From Verrucomicrobiales bacterium (GTDB taxonomy: Bacteria; Verrucomicrobiota; Verrucomicrobiia; Verrucomicrobiales; V1-33), in contig JANOAV010000053.1 of NCBI GenBank assembly GCA_031411295.1, positions 1 to 60,582 of the forward strand: a DNA stretch of 60,582 nucleotides, read 5' to 3'. Under the pieces are notes generated by a model. It ran no database searches. It saw only the letters and a list, made by a program, of their open reading frames with translations, and was not told where the DNA came from. Made by a program: the position numbers and the translations under genes. Shown here in pieces: positions 16,156-27,700 of this stretch. The stretch's first letter is position 1. Each line of letters starts with the position of its first letter.

Positions 16156-16314
16156 GGGTCAATTCCTGAAGCTAACCGTAACCTCAGCCATCGGCTTCGG
16201 CCCCACGGCAGGGGTGTTCGCAGGTCTGGTGGCGATTGTTTCTGCGTCATCATGGTCACGTCGGTAGAGCCGGGTGTAGGGCTGACGAACTACGATTTAC
16301 GAAAGGATTGCCCT

Positions 16315-17058
16315 TCAGCGTTGCTCATGGCGTTGCCAAGGGGCGGGCTCCAGGCGGGGCGTGGACTTGGTTTTGGCGAAACCCACGGTGGTGTTGACGA
16401 CGGAAAGCTTGTTCCCCAACAGGCGGGTGCCCAGTTTCCGGAGGCAGACGCGGAGGTAACTGCGGCGGGACGGTGGGCTAATGGGTCGGCGGGGCTGCGG
16501 CTGGTGCAGGAGGGTGGCCAATCGCGCGACCACGGAAGCGGTCCAGGCAGGATCAATCAGTTCGGCAAAGGCAAAGGTCTCGGGTTGGCGTGCGCGCCAA
16601 TACGCTTCGTAAGCCTGGAGCGCAGCGGGTAGATCCGCCTCCCGGGCTCCGCCCAACATGCGACGATAGGAGCGTGCGACGTCCACGGCCGGGCGGGCAG
16701 GCATTAGGAGGATGGCGGTCCGGAAAATTTGCTCATACGCGGCCTGCTGGTCGGCGGAAAACGTGGCTTCCGGATAGTGGGTCTTGAGGACATACCCGCC
16801 AGTGCGCAACAGCTCCTCCACGGGCAGGCCGGCCCGCAGGTATTCATCCAGATTCACATACAATGGGTCCCGGCGGTAGGCGGGGAAATTATTCAAGAGG
16901 AGATCGATGAGGACATGCGTGCCAGTGCGGGGAAAGGAGGCCACCACAACCAACGGCAGCGGGCTGGCGGAAGCGGACAGCGGACCCGGCGGGCACACGG
17001 TCTTGGGCGTGTTGGGTGGCAACACGCGGGAGAGGAAGCGGACGAGTGGATTACCCAT
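16315..17058 (-). CDS. Sulfotransferase-fold protein
   Basis: VVVASFPRTGTHVL (PAPS-binding loop) and VLKTH motif. Confidence 0.7.
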   Translation of the reverse strand: MGNPLVRFLSRVLPPNTPKTVCPPGPLSASASPLPLVVVASFPRTGTHVLIDLLLNNFPAYRRDPLYVNLDEYLRAGLPVEELLRTGGYVLKTHYPEATFSADQQAAYEQIFRTAILLMPARPAVDVARSYRRMLGGAREADLPAALQAYEAYWRARQPETFAFAELIDPAWTASVVARLATLLHQPQPRRPISPPSRRSYLRVCLRKLGTRLLGNKLSVVNTTVGFAKTKSTPRLEPAPWQRHEQR

Positions 17059-17316
17059 GGTGATGGCGGGGGGAATCTGCGGGGAGTCGCCCGGACGGGC
17101 ACTGCCTCCAACAGTAATCCCATTTATCCCGAGAATGACAATCCTGCCATAATTAAAAGTAACAATTTGGTAATAATTGGCGAAGCGGGCTCGGCGGCAA
17201 GTCGGTTGCCCAGCAGATGCGCTGCGGCCGGAGGCACGAAAAGCGGGATCTGAATGGCCGTGCTCCCCCCAAAAATCATTTCCCCTGTGGTCTGATGCAT
17301 GCTATTGATTCCGACG

Positions 17317-17823
17317 ATGAAATTCGCCCCCATGCTCCCATTATTGGCCTGTGGTTTTCTGCTGTCCTGTGCCAGTGAGCCGCCCACGGAAGCTCCGCCG
17401 ACTGCCGGGACACCGGGTGCGGGCATGCCGCTGCGGGACGGGGTGGCGGCGGCTTTGCGGCCGTTGGAAAAGAAGGATCCGCTGGTGGGGTGTTTCCTGC
17501 CCGTGCTGCGGGATGAGGTGATCCGCCGGGGAGTGGAGGAGGCGATCAAGGATATGGATGGGAAGTCGGCAGAAGGGGGCTTCGATCTCCAGCAGTGGCG
17601 CAAGACCTTCCGTCCTATCTATCAACGAGTCGCGAAGACAGGGGTGCTGCCGCCGGGTGTTTCCGTGCAGGCGGGCCGGATCACCCGGGAGACCAGAAAC
17701 GGTGCTTCCATGGAGGAAAAACTCCACCTGCGTCTGGACGTGCATAAACTTTCCCCCACCCAACCCGGCTTCTCGCTGCCTATCGTGCGCTATAACTTGA
17801 GTTGGAAACTCAGTCCGTTTTAA
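17317..17823 (+). CDS. Hypothetical lipoprotein
   Basis: MKFAPMLPLLACGFLLSC lipobox. Confidence 0.7.
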   Translation: MKFAPMLPLLACGFLLSCASEPPTEAPPTAGTPGAGMPLRDGVAAALRPLEKKDPLVGCFLPVLRDEVIRRGVEEAIKDMDGKSAEGGFDLQQWRKTFRPIYQRVAKTGVLPPGVSVQAGRITRETRNGASMEEKLHLRLDVHKLSPTQPGFSLPIVRYNLSWKLSPF

Positions 17824-18077
17824 CGCGGGATCAGCTGGACTTGATTTTACCCCAGACCGATCCCGGAGGTAAGCTCGACCTACTGCCGGAATGGCCGATA
17901 TTTGGGTCCGCCTGATCAGTAAAGAATTAAGTTGGGGGAACCAGCTCGGAGGGAGACGCATGGAGGCACGGGATTGACAGTCAGGGTTTCCTGTGACAGC
18001 AAAGTAGCGGCTTCGATCTGCCTTTCCAGCCTCATGAATCTTGCAATACTCCCCCCCGCTTACGTTCACTCACTGGG

Positions 18078-19817
18078 ATGCTCCTGCCGCTGGCCGGTAT
18101 GGTGGTGATGCTCTTCTGGAGCTGGCAGAATACGGCGGATTTGCCTAAATATGATGATCTGATCATTGTGGGGGAGCCGCTCGTGTCCTCGTTGGATGGA
18201 AAACTGACGTTCCAGGAACTTAACGAACAGGTCGTGGACAATCGGATGCTGATCGTGCGGGCGTTCCAATTGTCGGTGGCGCGGTTAACGCACTGGAACA
18301 TCCGCGTTGAAACGATGCTTAACGTGTTGGTCGGGGGCTGGATGGTGTTGGTTTTGGCGGGCATTGCCCGGAGAACCTGGCCCGAGGGAGGTTGGCGGCC
18401 ATTCCTCATCGCCATGATGGCGGGCGTGACTTGTTTCTCGCTAAGTGGGGGAATGCTCTGGATTTATGGTCCGTTCTTCTGCCATGTCTTCACCCCTTTA
18501 CTGATGGTGACGATGGTCTGGGTGGGTCTCACCAGGCTCTCTGTGAGGTGGCGTTTTTGGCTGGGGGTGCTCCTGGCAATCCTCGCCACGAATTCATTTA
18601 TTTATGGATGGCTCTGTTGGGGGGTGCTGGGTTGGCAGTTGTTGGGTTGGCGAATCGAACACAAAATTAGTGTGAAGGAGTTCACCGGCTATGTGGCGGT
18701 GGCGGTGATTCTTATGGGAATGTTAGCAAAATGGTATTTTACAGACTATCAGATCGCAGAGAAACCCGCCGGAGCAGGGCGGATGGTGGCTGAGCCCATG
18801 CGTTACCTCAATTTTTTCCTGCAATGGTTGGGATCTGGGGTTGGCAACCCCTGGCCCTATCTGGCGAAGCCAGTGCGCCTGAGTTGGCAATACTCGCTTG
18901 CCTGGTGGTCTGGCGGGATTATTCTATTGTTAGGCATCTGGGCGGTCTGGCGGGTGTGGCGGGAAAGACCTCTGCGCACGGCGGCTTGGCCCTGGATCGG
19001 CATGGCCATTTGGGCATTGCTGGGTGGCGTTTTAGTTGCGGCGGGGCGGACGGAGCTGGGCGCTGAGGCGGCGTTTTGGCCCAGGTATCAATTGTTGGTT
19101 TACCTGGTTTATTTGTCCGTGGGCACCATGATTCTCTTGGTGCTACGCCCTTCTGGTAGCCGCTGGCGCTGGTGGACCGCCATCCCAGCCGGGGTTGCCT
19201 TGCTGGGTTGGATCAATGGGTCGCTGCTGGGCTGGGTTACATTCCGCGGGGATTATTTTAGTTCTCAATCGATTCACGGCGCACTGATCATGAAGGATGT
19301 GGCTCCCAATCCAGCCTTGCTGGACGCACTGCTTCCCACACGTCTCCAGAAAATGGATACCATGATGAATCAGCTGGCGCCCTTAGGCTACGTGCGGCCA
19401 GGATTTCTCCAGCATGAGGAGGTGGCAGCAGCCCATCTGGAACCATCTGGCCCGTATCAGGGGGAACTTAAGGAGGGTGAGCTAAAGCCCGACGGATCCG
19501 TCGAGCTGGAAGGTTGGGCGGTAAAAGTCAAACAACATTGCCCAGTGGATGCCATCGTCATCTCCGTGCAGCCTGAGGGCGGTGCGGAGGTCTGGTGGAC
19601 GGTGGCCACCGACCGGAAGCCTGCCAACAAGCAGGCCACGAAGTTGAAACTCAGCGTTGCCAACTCCCGGATTGGTTGGGCCCTGGGACCGGATGCAGCG
19701 TTTGGCACGTTGGTGCGCAAACCCTTGCCACCCGGGAAATTAACCTTTCGCGCCTACGCCTTGGATGTGGCATCACTAACGTTTTACCCACTGGCTGGCC
19801 AGTTCCAGCGCCCTTAA
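18078..19817 (+). CDS. Polytopic membrane protein with a periplasmic C-terminal domain (GT-C-like, probable surface glycan modification)
   Basis: About 11 hydrophobic segments, P.YDD loop after TM1 and GR...RY motif; resembles 22636..24483. The start may lie upstream at 18034 through a C-tract. Confidence 0.7.
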   Translation: MLLPLAGMVVMLFWSWQNTADLPKYDDLIIVGEPLVSSLDGKLTFQELNEQVVDNRMLIVRAFQLSVARLTHWNIRVETMLNVLVGGWMVLVLAGIARRTWPEGGWRPFLIAMMAGVTCFSLSGGMLWIYGPFFCHVFTPLLMVTMVWVGLTRLSVRWRFWLGVLLAILATNSFIYGWLCWGVLGWQLLGWRIEHKISVKEFTGYVAVAVILMGMLAKWYFTDYQIAEKPAGAGRMVAEPMRYLNFFLQWLGSGVGNPWPYLAKPVRLSWQYSLAWWSGGIILLLGIWAVWRVWRERPLRTAAWPWIGMAIWALLGGVLVAAGRTELGAEAAFWPRYQLLVYLVYLSVGTMILLVLRPSGSRWRWWTAIPAGVALLGWINGSLLGWVTFRGDYFSSQSIHGALIMKDVAPNPALLDALLPTRLQKMDTMMNQLAPLGYVRPGFLQHEEVAAAHLEPSGPYQGELKEGELKPDGSVELEGWAVKVKQHCPVDAIVISVQPEGGAEVWWTVATDRKPANKQATKLKLSVANSRIGWALGPDAAFGTLVRKPLPPGKLTFRAYALDVASLTFYPLAGQFQRP

Positions 19818-21247
19818 AACTGGAAGTAAATAAAGTCGCTGGCCTGAGTGGAACGCAGCGCGATCAGCCCCAGCAATAATGCAGTGGCGACGATGGCTTG
19901 CAGGAACGTCCAGCGCCAGGTTTGCAGTTTGGGATCGTGGGCTCCAGGGATGAGACCCAATCGTTCGGCCAGTGGGAAGACGAGCGTCAGCGGCAGCCCA
20001 TACATAATTGCCTCCAACGCCAGGGCACAGCCGATGCGCCACTCCGTGACGGGAGCGGTGAAGGGGTTCAGGCAGAGGTCATGCCAGATCATGCTCAGGC
20101 TATGTTCCCGGAACAGCAAACGGCCAAAGTGCATGAGGCTAAAGGTGAAGACCACGCGGAACACCACGCCGAATCCTCCCCCGGCCTTCCCCAGCAGCGG
20201 CAGCGCCCGGGTGACATACGGCCAGGAGGCAAGCAGCAACCCGTGGAAAAGCCCCCAGAGAATGAAATTCCAACCCGCCCCGTGCCACAGTCCGGAAAGG
20301 AGGAAGGTTAGGACAAGGTTGCGCGCCACCCGCCACCGGGTGGTGCGGGAGCCCCCGAGCGGAATATAGACATAGTCCCGGAACCATTTCCCCAAGCTCA
20401 TGTGCCAGCGATGCCAGAAGTCCCCGGGAGATTGCGCCAAGTAGGGGTGGTTAAAGTTCGGGCAGAGTTCGATCCCCAGGAGCCGGGCGGAACCACGGGC
20501 CATGGCGGTATAGCCGCTGAAGTCCGCGTAGATCTGCACGCCAAAAGCCAACACGCCGCCCCAGACCAGGGGAAACGATGGATCTCCCAAAGCGAAAACT
20601 TTATTCGCCATGATGGCCGCACTATCCGCGATGACCAGCTTCTGGAACAAGCCCCAGAGCACCAAGATTAGACCGGATCGCATCGCTGCAAGATCCAGCC
20701 GTCTCCTGACCCGATACTGCGGCAGCATCTGTCCTGCGCGTTCAATGGGGCCCGCCACCAACTGCGGAAAGAAGGAAGCGAACAGCGCATAGTCCAGCAA
20801 CGAACGACACGCCGGAATCTGCCGTCGATACACATCCAACGAGTAGGAGGCACTCTGAAACGTGAAGAAAGAGATGCCGGCAGGCAGCGCAATGTGAAGC
20901 ACCCACGGGGCAGGCATGAGACCAATGGCGGTCAGCAGGGCCGTGACGTTCTCCATGAAGAAGCCGAAGTATTTGAACACGCCCAGGATGGCAAAGTTCA
21001 CCACCAAGCTGAGACCAAGGAAGGCCTTCCGCCGGGCGGGAGTGGTGCTGGCTTCCATGCCCAGGGCACAGCCCCAATCGAACAGGGCGGTCACTCCGAT
21101 GAGGATCAGATACCATTGGTGCACCCAACCGTAAAAGATCGCGCTGGCGGCCACCAATAACAAATTTTGCCCCCGGACTGGCAGCCAATAATAGCAACCA
21201 AGCAGGGTAAGGAAGAAGAGCAGATACTCCGGCGTTTGAAAAAGCAT
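19814..21247 (-). CDS. MBOAT family O-acyltransferase (AlgI/DltB-like)
   Basis: MLF...YL.FF, GISFFTFQ, FFPQLVAGPIER, QIYADFSGY, NF..PY, FW.RWHMSL and SGLWHGA. Confidence 0.95.
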   Translation of the reverse strand: MLFQTPEYLLFFLTLLGCYYWLPVRGQNLLLVAASAIFYGWVHQWYLILIGVTALFDWGCALGMEASTTPARRKAFLGLSLVVNFAILGVFKYFGFFMENVTALLTAIGLMPAPWVLHIALPAGISFFTFQSASYSLDVYRRQIPACRSLLDYALFASFFPQLVAGPIERAGQMLPQYRVRRRLDLAAMRSGLILVLWGLFQKLVIADSAAIMANKVFALGDPSFPLVWGGVLAFGVQIYADFSGYTAMARGSARLLGIELCPNFNHPYLAQSPGDFWHRWHMSLGKWFRDYVYIPLGGSRTTRWRVARNLVLTFLLSGLWHGAGWNFILWGLFHGLLLASWPYVTRALPLLGKAGGGFGVVFRVVFTFSLMHFGRLLFREHSLSMIWHDLCLNPFTAPVTEWRIGCALALEAIMYGLPLTLVFPLAERLGLIPGAHDPKLQTWRWTFLQAIVATALLLGLIALRSTQASDFIYFQF

Positions 21248-21259
21248 GGTGGGAGTGGC

Positions 21260-22426
21260 TCAGGGGGCCGTGAAGACTGGTTGCAGGGTGGGTTGCACGC
21301 AGCGCCAGAAGCTGGCCAGATACGGCCGTTGATAGGTGGGATCATCATTAATATGGTCCCCGTCCACAAACATATCCGCGGTAATCTCCCGCTCGGTGGA
21401 TTCGTCGGTGAACAGGCACCCCTCACGCTTGAGATAGCTGGCCAAGTCCTGCAGATAAGCCGCCAGACTGGCATCGGTCTTGGTATCCTCCGGGTCGTCC
21501 GGGCGGCGTTTGATGCGGTGGAAATGGAGTTTGAATCCCTGCTGCTGGGCCAGCGCCACCATGTGCGGGAGGAAGGATTCGGAGGGTGCGGGATCGAACT
21601 TCAGCGGTTCGGTTTGCTCTTCCGCCAGGGCATCCAGTTCATCGGTCTCGTTCTCCTCGTTACCCGTGTCTTTTCCCATGGCTGCTTGGCGTTGGTGCTC
21701 AAACGAGAGCCGTTCGTTCATTTCATTCCGTCTGACGGATCCCAGAATACCACGGCCAAAATTGGTGAAGTGGAAGGCCTGCTTCTGTATTTCCTGGCGA
21801 CCCCAGAGCCGCAGTTTTTCGCCTGGCAGCAGCGTTTCCAAGCCCGTGGCCAGTCGCTTGACGGTGGCGGCATAAGTCAGATTCACCGTCGCATCATACC
21901 GCCCCATGACCTGCTCCCACTCGGGTTGCGCGCGCCCGCCCATGCGCTCGATCATTGCTTCATTCCGCGTCATCCGCAACTCCGGCCAAGTCAGATCCCG
22001 ATCCCGGAAAAACACCGTAACGCATTTTGGCTTCACCCCGGACTCTGCCACCACCAACTTCAGAAACAGAAACCACATGGGCGACTTGGTCCCGCTGGCA
22101 CTCAACTTGAAGGGCGTGCGTCCACTCAATTGTTTCAGGTCCTCGGTCTCGATGCGGGAGTTCAACATCGAGTTGCCAATCAGCACCCAGTCTGGCTGTT
22201 CCTGCCGCAGCAGCGCCCGGCCGGAAGGCGCATCATCCACCCCGCCACTGGCCAGCAGGACCCGCTTGGGTTTCACTTCCTTCAGCGCCAGTCGTTGCTC
22301 CAGCCACTGACTGCGACAAGCCCATGCGGAGATGGCCAAGGCCGTTCCTAAAACCACGATCAGTTGAAGCCAATCTTTGCCATAGATGGAACGTGGAAAC
22401 TTCATTGCTTCGAAGGTCGGGGGCAC
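21260..22426 (-). CDS. Periplasmic SGNH-like partner of the MBOAT (AlgJ/DltD-like)
   Basis: N-terminal anchor, LIGNS block and FVDGDH (DxxH) motif; directly upstream of the MBOAT gene. The start may be at MKFPRS (22404 region). Confidence 0.65.
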   Translation of the reverse strand: MPPTFEAMKFPRSIYGKDWLQLIVVLGTALAISAWACRSQWLEQRLALKEVKPKRVLLASGGVDDAPSGRALLRQEQPDWVLIGNSMLNSRIETEDLKQLSGRTPFKLSASGTKSPMWFLFLKLVVAESGVKPKCVTVFFRDRDLTWPELRMTRNEAMIERMGGRAQPEWEQVMGRYDATVNLTYAATVKRLATGLETLLPGEKLRLWGRQEIQKQAFHFTNFGRGILGSVRRNEMNERLSFEHQRQAAMGKDTGNEENETDELDALAEEQTEPLKFDPAPSESFLPHMVALAQQQGFKLHFHRIKRRPDDPEDTKTDASLAAYLQDLASYLKREGCLFTDESTEREITADMFVDGDHINDDPTYQRPYLASFWRCVQPTLQPVFTAP

Positions 22427-22635
22427 GCTACTCTAGTTAATGAATTGCGGGGATCGTGAGCCCAGCAGCGCTGCCTCCATGGCTGGGGGCCGCATGCTTC
22501 AGATCGTTCGAGGCGTCAGAAAAAGGTATCATCATCATAGATTTAGCGCGCGATATTATCGTTGCTGATCTCGGCCGCAATCAGATTTTTATGATACGCC
22601 CGACCACCTGCTTGGAAGGTCTGATGCTGCCTCTG

Positions 22636-24483
22636 TCAGTTTATTTCTCGGAGCTGAGTCCCGGTCCCCTCCGCCAGGGTAATCCGTTGCGCCATGGCCG
22701 AGGCCCGGCGTTTCTCCCCATCAAAGCCATAGGCCCGCAGCGTGATGGGCTTGCCCCCTGTGAGTTTGGCCGGATCCAAGGGGAGTTCCCAGCGGAAGTA
22801 ATGTGCTTTATACATCCGACGGTAGAGTTCGCGCTCCAGAAAATTATCCGGCAGTTGCGGCACGGCCACCCCGATGATCACTTCCGGCTCTCCGGCCCGT
22901 TCTGCGGAGACGAGGACCAAGTCCGGCGTTTCCTGCCAGCTCTTGTCCAGACCGCAGGTTCCTCCTGCCAGCAAGTGTCCGTCACTCAGACGCTTCGTCA
23001 CCTCGAAGGTGGCGAATTTGGGGTTTAGCTCCCGCTGACTCTTGATCGGTGCCATTTCCAGACTGGAGAGAAACTCCACTCCCCGCAAACGCTGCCCCGC
23101 CTTCAAAAACTGCGCAAGCTCCGCTGTCCGCCGCTCCTCATCCTGCCACACCAGCGAGCGATCCAACGGCAGCACTTTGGCAAAGCACAGCGCATATTTC
23201 TCCTGATCCATCTGCCGGGCCGTGACTCGCAGGATATTCAACCCACTGCTCCACGTGACCATCTGCAACGGCAGCGCCACCGCCACCACCCAGCGGGACC
23301 ACCGCCCCAGCCAGGGACTGTGTTGGCGCAACCGCAGGCCCAGAAAAAGCAGCCCCAGCGTGAAGCACAATGTGAAGGTCAGATACCGATGTGCCAGCGC
23401 AGACTCCATCGTAGCGCCCAGCCGCCCGATCGTGATCAGCGCGGCATTGATCCCGCCATAGCCGCAGAGGGCCAGCCAGGGCATCACCTCCCGCCACAGT
23501 CCGGCATCCCGTAGCCGCCACAACCGCCACAGACAAAAGCCAAAAATCCCCAGCAACCCCGCTCCCACCGCAGCACACAGTTGCGACGGCTCCATCGGAG
23601 TTCCCTGGCCAAATCCCAGTCCCAGCAAAATCAGAAAATACTGCCCAAAAGCCAGCGGACGCTGCAGGAAATCCTGCACCCGGCTCAATTCCCCATCGGC
23701 ATCTCCCTCCCCTGCGGCAACCTCCCCGTGCGGTGTCGGATAATGGAACGCCAGCGCGACCGCCAGTCCCAGCACTAGCAACCATGCCGCCACCGTGATC
23801 CATTGCCGCTTCCGGCCCCATGGTGCCACATGCCCCCAAAGCATGGGGACTAACAGCAGCCCCACGAACAAGCCGGTCGCAAAGGTAAACACCGCCATCA
23901 GGCTTAGCAACAGCGCTCCCACTAACCGCTTCCAAGAGGGAACCTCCGGCCGCAGCAACACCAAACCCCATACTAGCAAACATCCGGGGATGAAGTTCTG
24001 GAACACAAAATCCCAAATCCACGTGTGCCCCTGCCCTCCGCTGAAGATCACCAGATTGGCCAGAAACATCACTCCGGCCCCTTGCAGGGCAGATTCGCGC
24101 CAGCAGGGGCGCGCCAGCCGCAGCACTCCCAGCGACAGTCCCAAGGACAACCCCCAAGCCAGGAACGGCAACAAACCCACCTGACCTTTCAGAAAATGCA
24201 GCACCACGAAATAAATAAATTTCCCCACCGCTGTCGGATGATCATTATGCAGCACCAGCAAATGCTCCGCCCCGATCTTCCCCTGACTCCAATCCTGATA
24301 CTGTTTCACAAACGCCCAGGAATCATGAAAGGGCACCGAAGGTCGATTCAGCAGAATCACGCCAAGGATATACCACGCCGGCAAAAAGGCCCCCAACCAC
24401 GCCAGGGCCAACCGCCAGCGGTGGCTGCGAGCAATCGGTTCAGATGGGTGCTTCGGAGAGTTTTTGATGCTAGCAGGTTCCAT
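22636..24483 (-). CDS. Polytopic membrane protein (GT-C-like), resembling 18078..19817
   Basis: P.HDSW, HNDH and GR...HRY motifs, many transmembrane segments and a C-terminal LRAY.F domain. Confidence 0.7.
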   Translation of the reverse strand: MEPASIKNSPKHPSEPIARSHRWRLALAWLGAFLPAWYILGVILLNRPSVPFHDSWAFVKQYQDWSQGKIGAEHLLVLHNDHPTAVGKFIYFVVLHFLKGQVGLLPFLAWGLSLGLSLGVLRLARPCWRESALQGAGVMFLANLVIFSGGQGHTWIWDFVFQNFIPGCLLVWGLVLLRPEVPSWKRLVGALLLSLMAVFTFATGLFVGLLLVPMLWGHVAPWGRKRQWITVAAWLLVLGLAVALAFHYPTPHGEVAAGEGDADGELSRVQDFLQRPLAFGQYFLILLGLGFGQGTPMEPSQLCAAVGAGLLGIFGFCLWRLWRLRDAGLWREVMPWLALCGYGGINAALITIGRLGATMESALAHRYLTFTLCFTLGLLFLGLRLRQHSPWLGRWSRWVVAVALPLQMVTWSSGLNILRVTARQMDQEKYALCFAKVLPLDRSLVWQDEERRTAELAQFLKAGQRLRGVEFLSSLEMAPIKSQRELNPKFATFEVTKRLSDGHLLAGGTCGLDKSWQETPDLVLVSAERAGEPEVIIGVAVPQLPDNFLERELYRRMYKAHYFRWELPLDPAKLTGGKPITLRAYGFDGEKRRASAMAQRITLAEGTGTQLREIN

Positions 24484-24718
24484 GCGGGGTATAGAACCCC
24501 GGATTCCGCCTCGTGCAAGTCGCTCGTCAGCTCCGCCTACCGGAGCCACCTGCACGAATGTTATGCCACCGAAGGGCGCTGGCCAGACGCCCCTTTTGGG
24601 CAACCTCGCCAGGGCTTACCAATGGAAATGAGTAAAGTTTAGCCGCAAGCTTGGCTTGTGCGACGACTCGCTTTCTTCTACACTGAGGTCGCTTCCCGTC
24701 CCCCTGATTCCTTCTCTC

Positions 24719-27700
24719 ATGCGATTCCCTGTTCCCCGATCTCCCGATGATTGCTTCCTGGCCTTATGGTTAGGGCTGTTGCTGTGTCCGCTTTGGGCAC
24801 AGGCGCAGACGCTGACGATCAATGATCAAGTGCAAAACTTCGCCTCCATCGCCAGCACCACCGTGACCCTCACGGGCCGGGCTGAATTGCGCATTACTGG
24901 CACGGGCGATCCACTGGCTGGTTGCGTCGTTCATTTGAATTCGCCCGATAGCATCCTGCTCTTGACCGAGATCTTGCCCTCGGTGGTTAACAGCACGTTC
25001 CTCGGTCGCCTCCGGGTTAATGGGTCACCTGCGGTCTTGGATGGCAACGTTCGCATCGTGCCCTACGGCCACGGGGCTGCGGTGCAGCCGCAGGGCCCGA
25101 GTTTCACTCCGTTGGAGATTTTTGCGGGACGGTATTTTACGGGACCATCCAGATTTCTTAACAATTACACGGCCTATGATAGCGCCTCGCTGGGAACTTA
25201 CTCCAGTGCCATTGGCTCCTTCAAACTGAAGCGCGGGTATATGGCGACCTTCGCGCAAAACGCGCAGGGCACGACGAGTCGCACGTTCGTGGCTCAGGAT
25301 GGCGACCTCGAAATTGGTTTGTTGCCCTCCATCCTGCAGGATGATGTAAAATTCGTGCGCGTCTTTCCGTGGCGCTGGACTAGCAAGAAGGGAATTGCTG
25401 GGAGTATCCCCACCATGAAACCGCACTGGTCCTACAATTGGAATCTCAATGAGAATTCCTCGCTGGATAAAGAATACGTGGCCATCCGGCAAAGTCGCTA
25501 CTGGCCTGGACTGGATCAAGACTGGAGCGTGCGGAAGATTAATCATCTGCTGGGATACAATGAACCGGACAATGCCATTGAAGCCAATCTAAGTGTGAGC
25601 ACCGCGCTCTCCGCCTGGCCGGATCTCTTGGCCACAGGTTTGCGCGTGGGCACGCCCGCTCCCACCGATGGTGGTCGGCAGTGGGTCTATGATTTCGTGA
25701 GCCAGGCGGATGCGGCCGGTCAGCGCGTGGATTTCGTGGCGGTGCATTACTATCGCAGCTACTGGAACGCTGCGGATCCGGTCGGGGCCACGACGCAGTT
25801 CTATAACTTTTTGAAAGAGATCCACGACCAAGTGAAGCGTCCCATTTGGATCACCGAATGGAATAACGGAGCCAACTGGACGACGGACCCGGACCCCACC
25901 GCTGCGCAGCAGGATGCCACCGTGGAAAAAATGATCGAGATGCTGGATAACACGCCCTTCGTGGAACGGTATGCCCTTTACAACTGGGTGGAAGACGTCC
26001 GCCGGGTCGCTTGGGATGATGGCTGGCCCACCGCGGCGGGCGTGACTTATCGGGATAAAGTTTCGCCCATTGGCTACCGGCAGGAACTTCCCGAAGACGA
26101 TACGGATGCCTCTGCGCGTTACTCGTTCGATGGTCATGGTCAGGACCTGCGGGGCTTCGGTCACAATGCCATGCTGGTGGGTGCGCCTGTCTTCACGGCG
26201 GGGCGCTTCGGCCAAGCGATCTCCTTGGACGGAACCCATGACTATGTGCAACTCCCCATGCGCTTGGGCGACAGCACGGATTTTTCGTTCTCCGGCTGGA
26301 TTTATTGGAATGGTGGCGGCAATTGGCAACGGATCTTCGATTTCGGGGCCGGCACCGATGCCGCGATGTTTCTCACGCCAAAATCTGGCGGCACCACCCC
26401 AGCCCTGCGCTTTACCATCAACCCCGGCAGTGGGGAACAGCAACTCAACCATACGGCGGCTCTGCCCACTGGCGCTTGGACGCATGTAGCCGTGACCATC
26501 AGTGGCAATACCGGCAAGCTCTTCGTCAATGGAGCCCTCGTGAACACGAACACGAGTATGACCCACAACCCCATCTCGCTCGGCACGAAATATAATTTCC
26601 TGGGCAAGAGTCAGTTCGCGGCGGACCCGCTCTTCAGTGGGCGTTTGGATGAATTCCGCTTTAGCAGCAGCGCCCTCACCGAGGCGCAGGTGCTCGCCAT
26701 TTACAATAACCCGCCGCCCCAGTTTTCCGCCCAGACGATCTGGAAACCAAACGCCATGGTGGGGCTGGCTTATGCGGACAGCCTGGCCGGAAATGTGACG
26801 GGAAGCAGCGCGCTCACCTTCAGTAAAATGGATGGCCCGGCTTGGCTCACGGTGGCAGGGAACGGTGCCCTCACGGGCACGCCGGCGGCCGCGGACGGAG
26901 GCTTGAATACCACGTTAGTGAAGGTCACTGATGCGAATGGAGCCATGCACACGGCCATGATTAACATCAACGTGCCGCTGTTCACCACAACCATCGACTC
27001 CAGTGCCGATGATGCCGAGGAATCGGCCGCTGGCGTGGTCAACCTGACCAGCACGGATCTTGAATTGATCAACGATGCCACCGAGCAGACGGTGGGGCTG
27101 CGTTTCCGCCTGCCAGTGCCGCAGGGCGCTGTCATCACCAGCGCCACCATTCAGTTCACCACGGACGAAGTCACCAGTGCGGCCACGACGCTGAATCTAG
27201 GAGTGCAACTGGCCGACGATGCGCCCGCCTTTGCTGCCACCAACTTCAATCTCAGCGCCCGCCCGCGCTCCAGCACCACTGTGCCGTGGACGCCAGCGGC
27301 TTGGAACACCCTGCTGGAAGCTGGTCCCAGCCAGCGCACTCCCAACTTGGCAGGACTGGTGCAGTCCGTGGTTGCGCGTCCCGGCTGGGAGAGCGGAAAT
27401 GCCATTGTCTTCCTGATCAAAGGCTCCGGCCAACGCACCGCCGAAGCCTTTGATAAAGCGGGCAGCACCCCGCCACAACTAACCGTAAACTACCGCTCCG
27501 CTCTACCTTTGGCTGCCATCGAATCCAGCGTTGCCAGCAGCGCCAATGATGCAGAGCAGTCCGCTGCCGGGGCCGTTTCCCTCACCAGCACGGATCTGGA
27601 ATTAGTGAACGACGGCGCCTTGGGAAATCAAATGGTCGGATTGAGATTTGAAAATATCGGAGTGCCCCGCGGAGCCACCATTGCCAGTGCCGACCTACAA

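Noticed and set aside
22500..22610. AT-rich imperfect inverted repeat as a possible riboswitch
   Set aside because: No recognisable aptamer consensus; it may simply be promoter or operator DNA.
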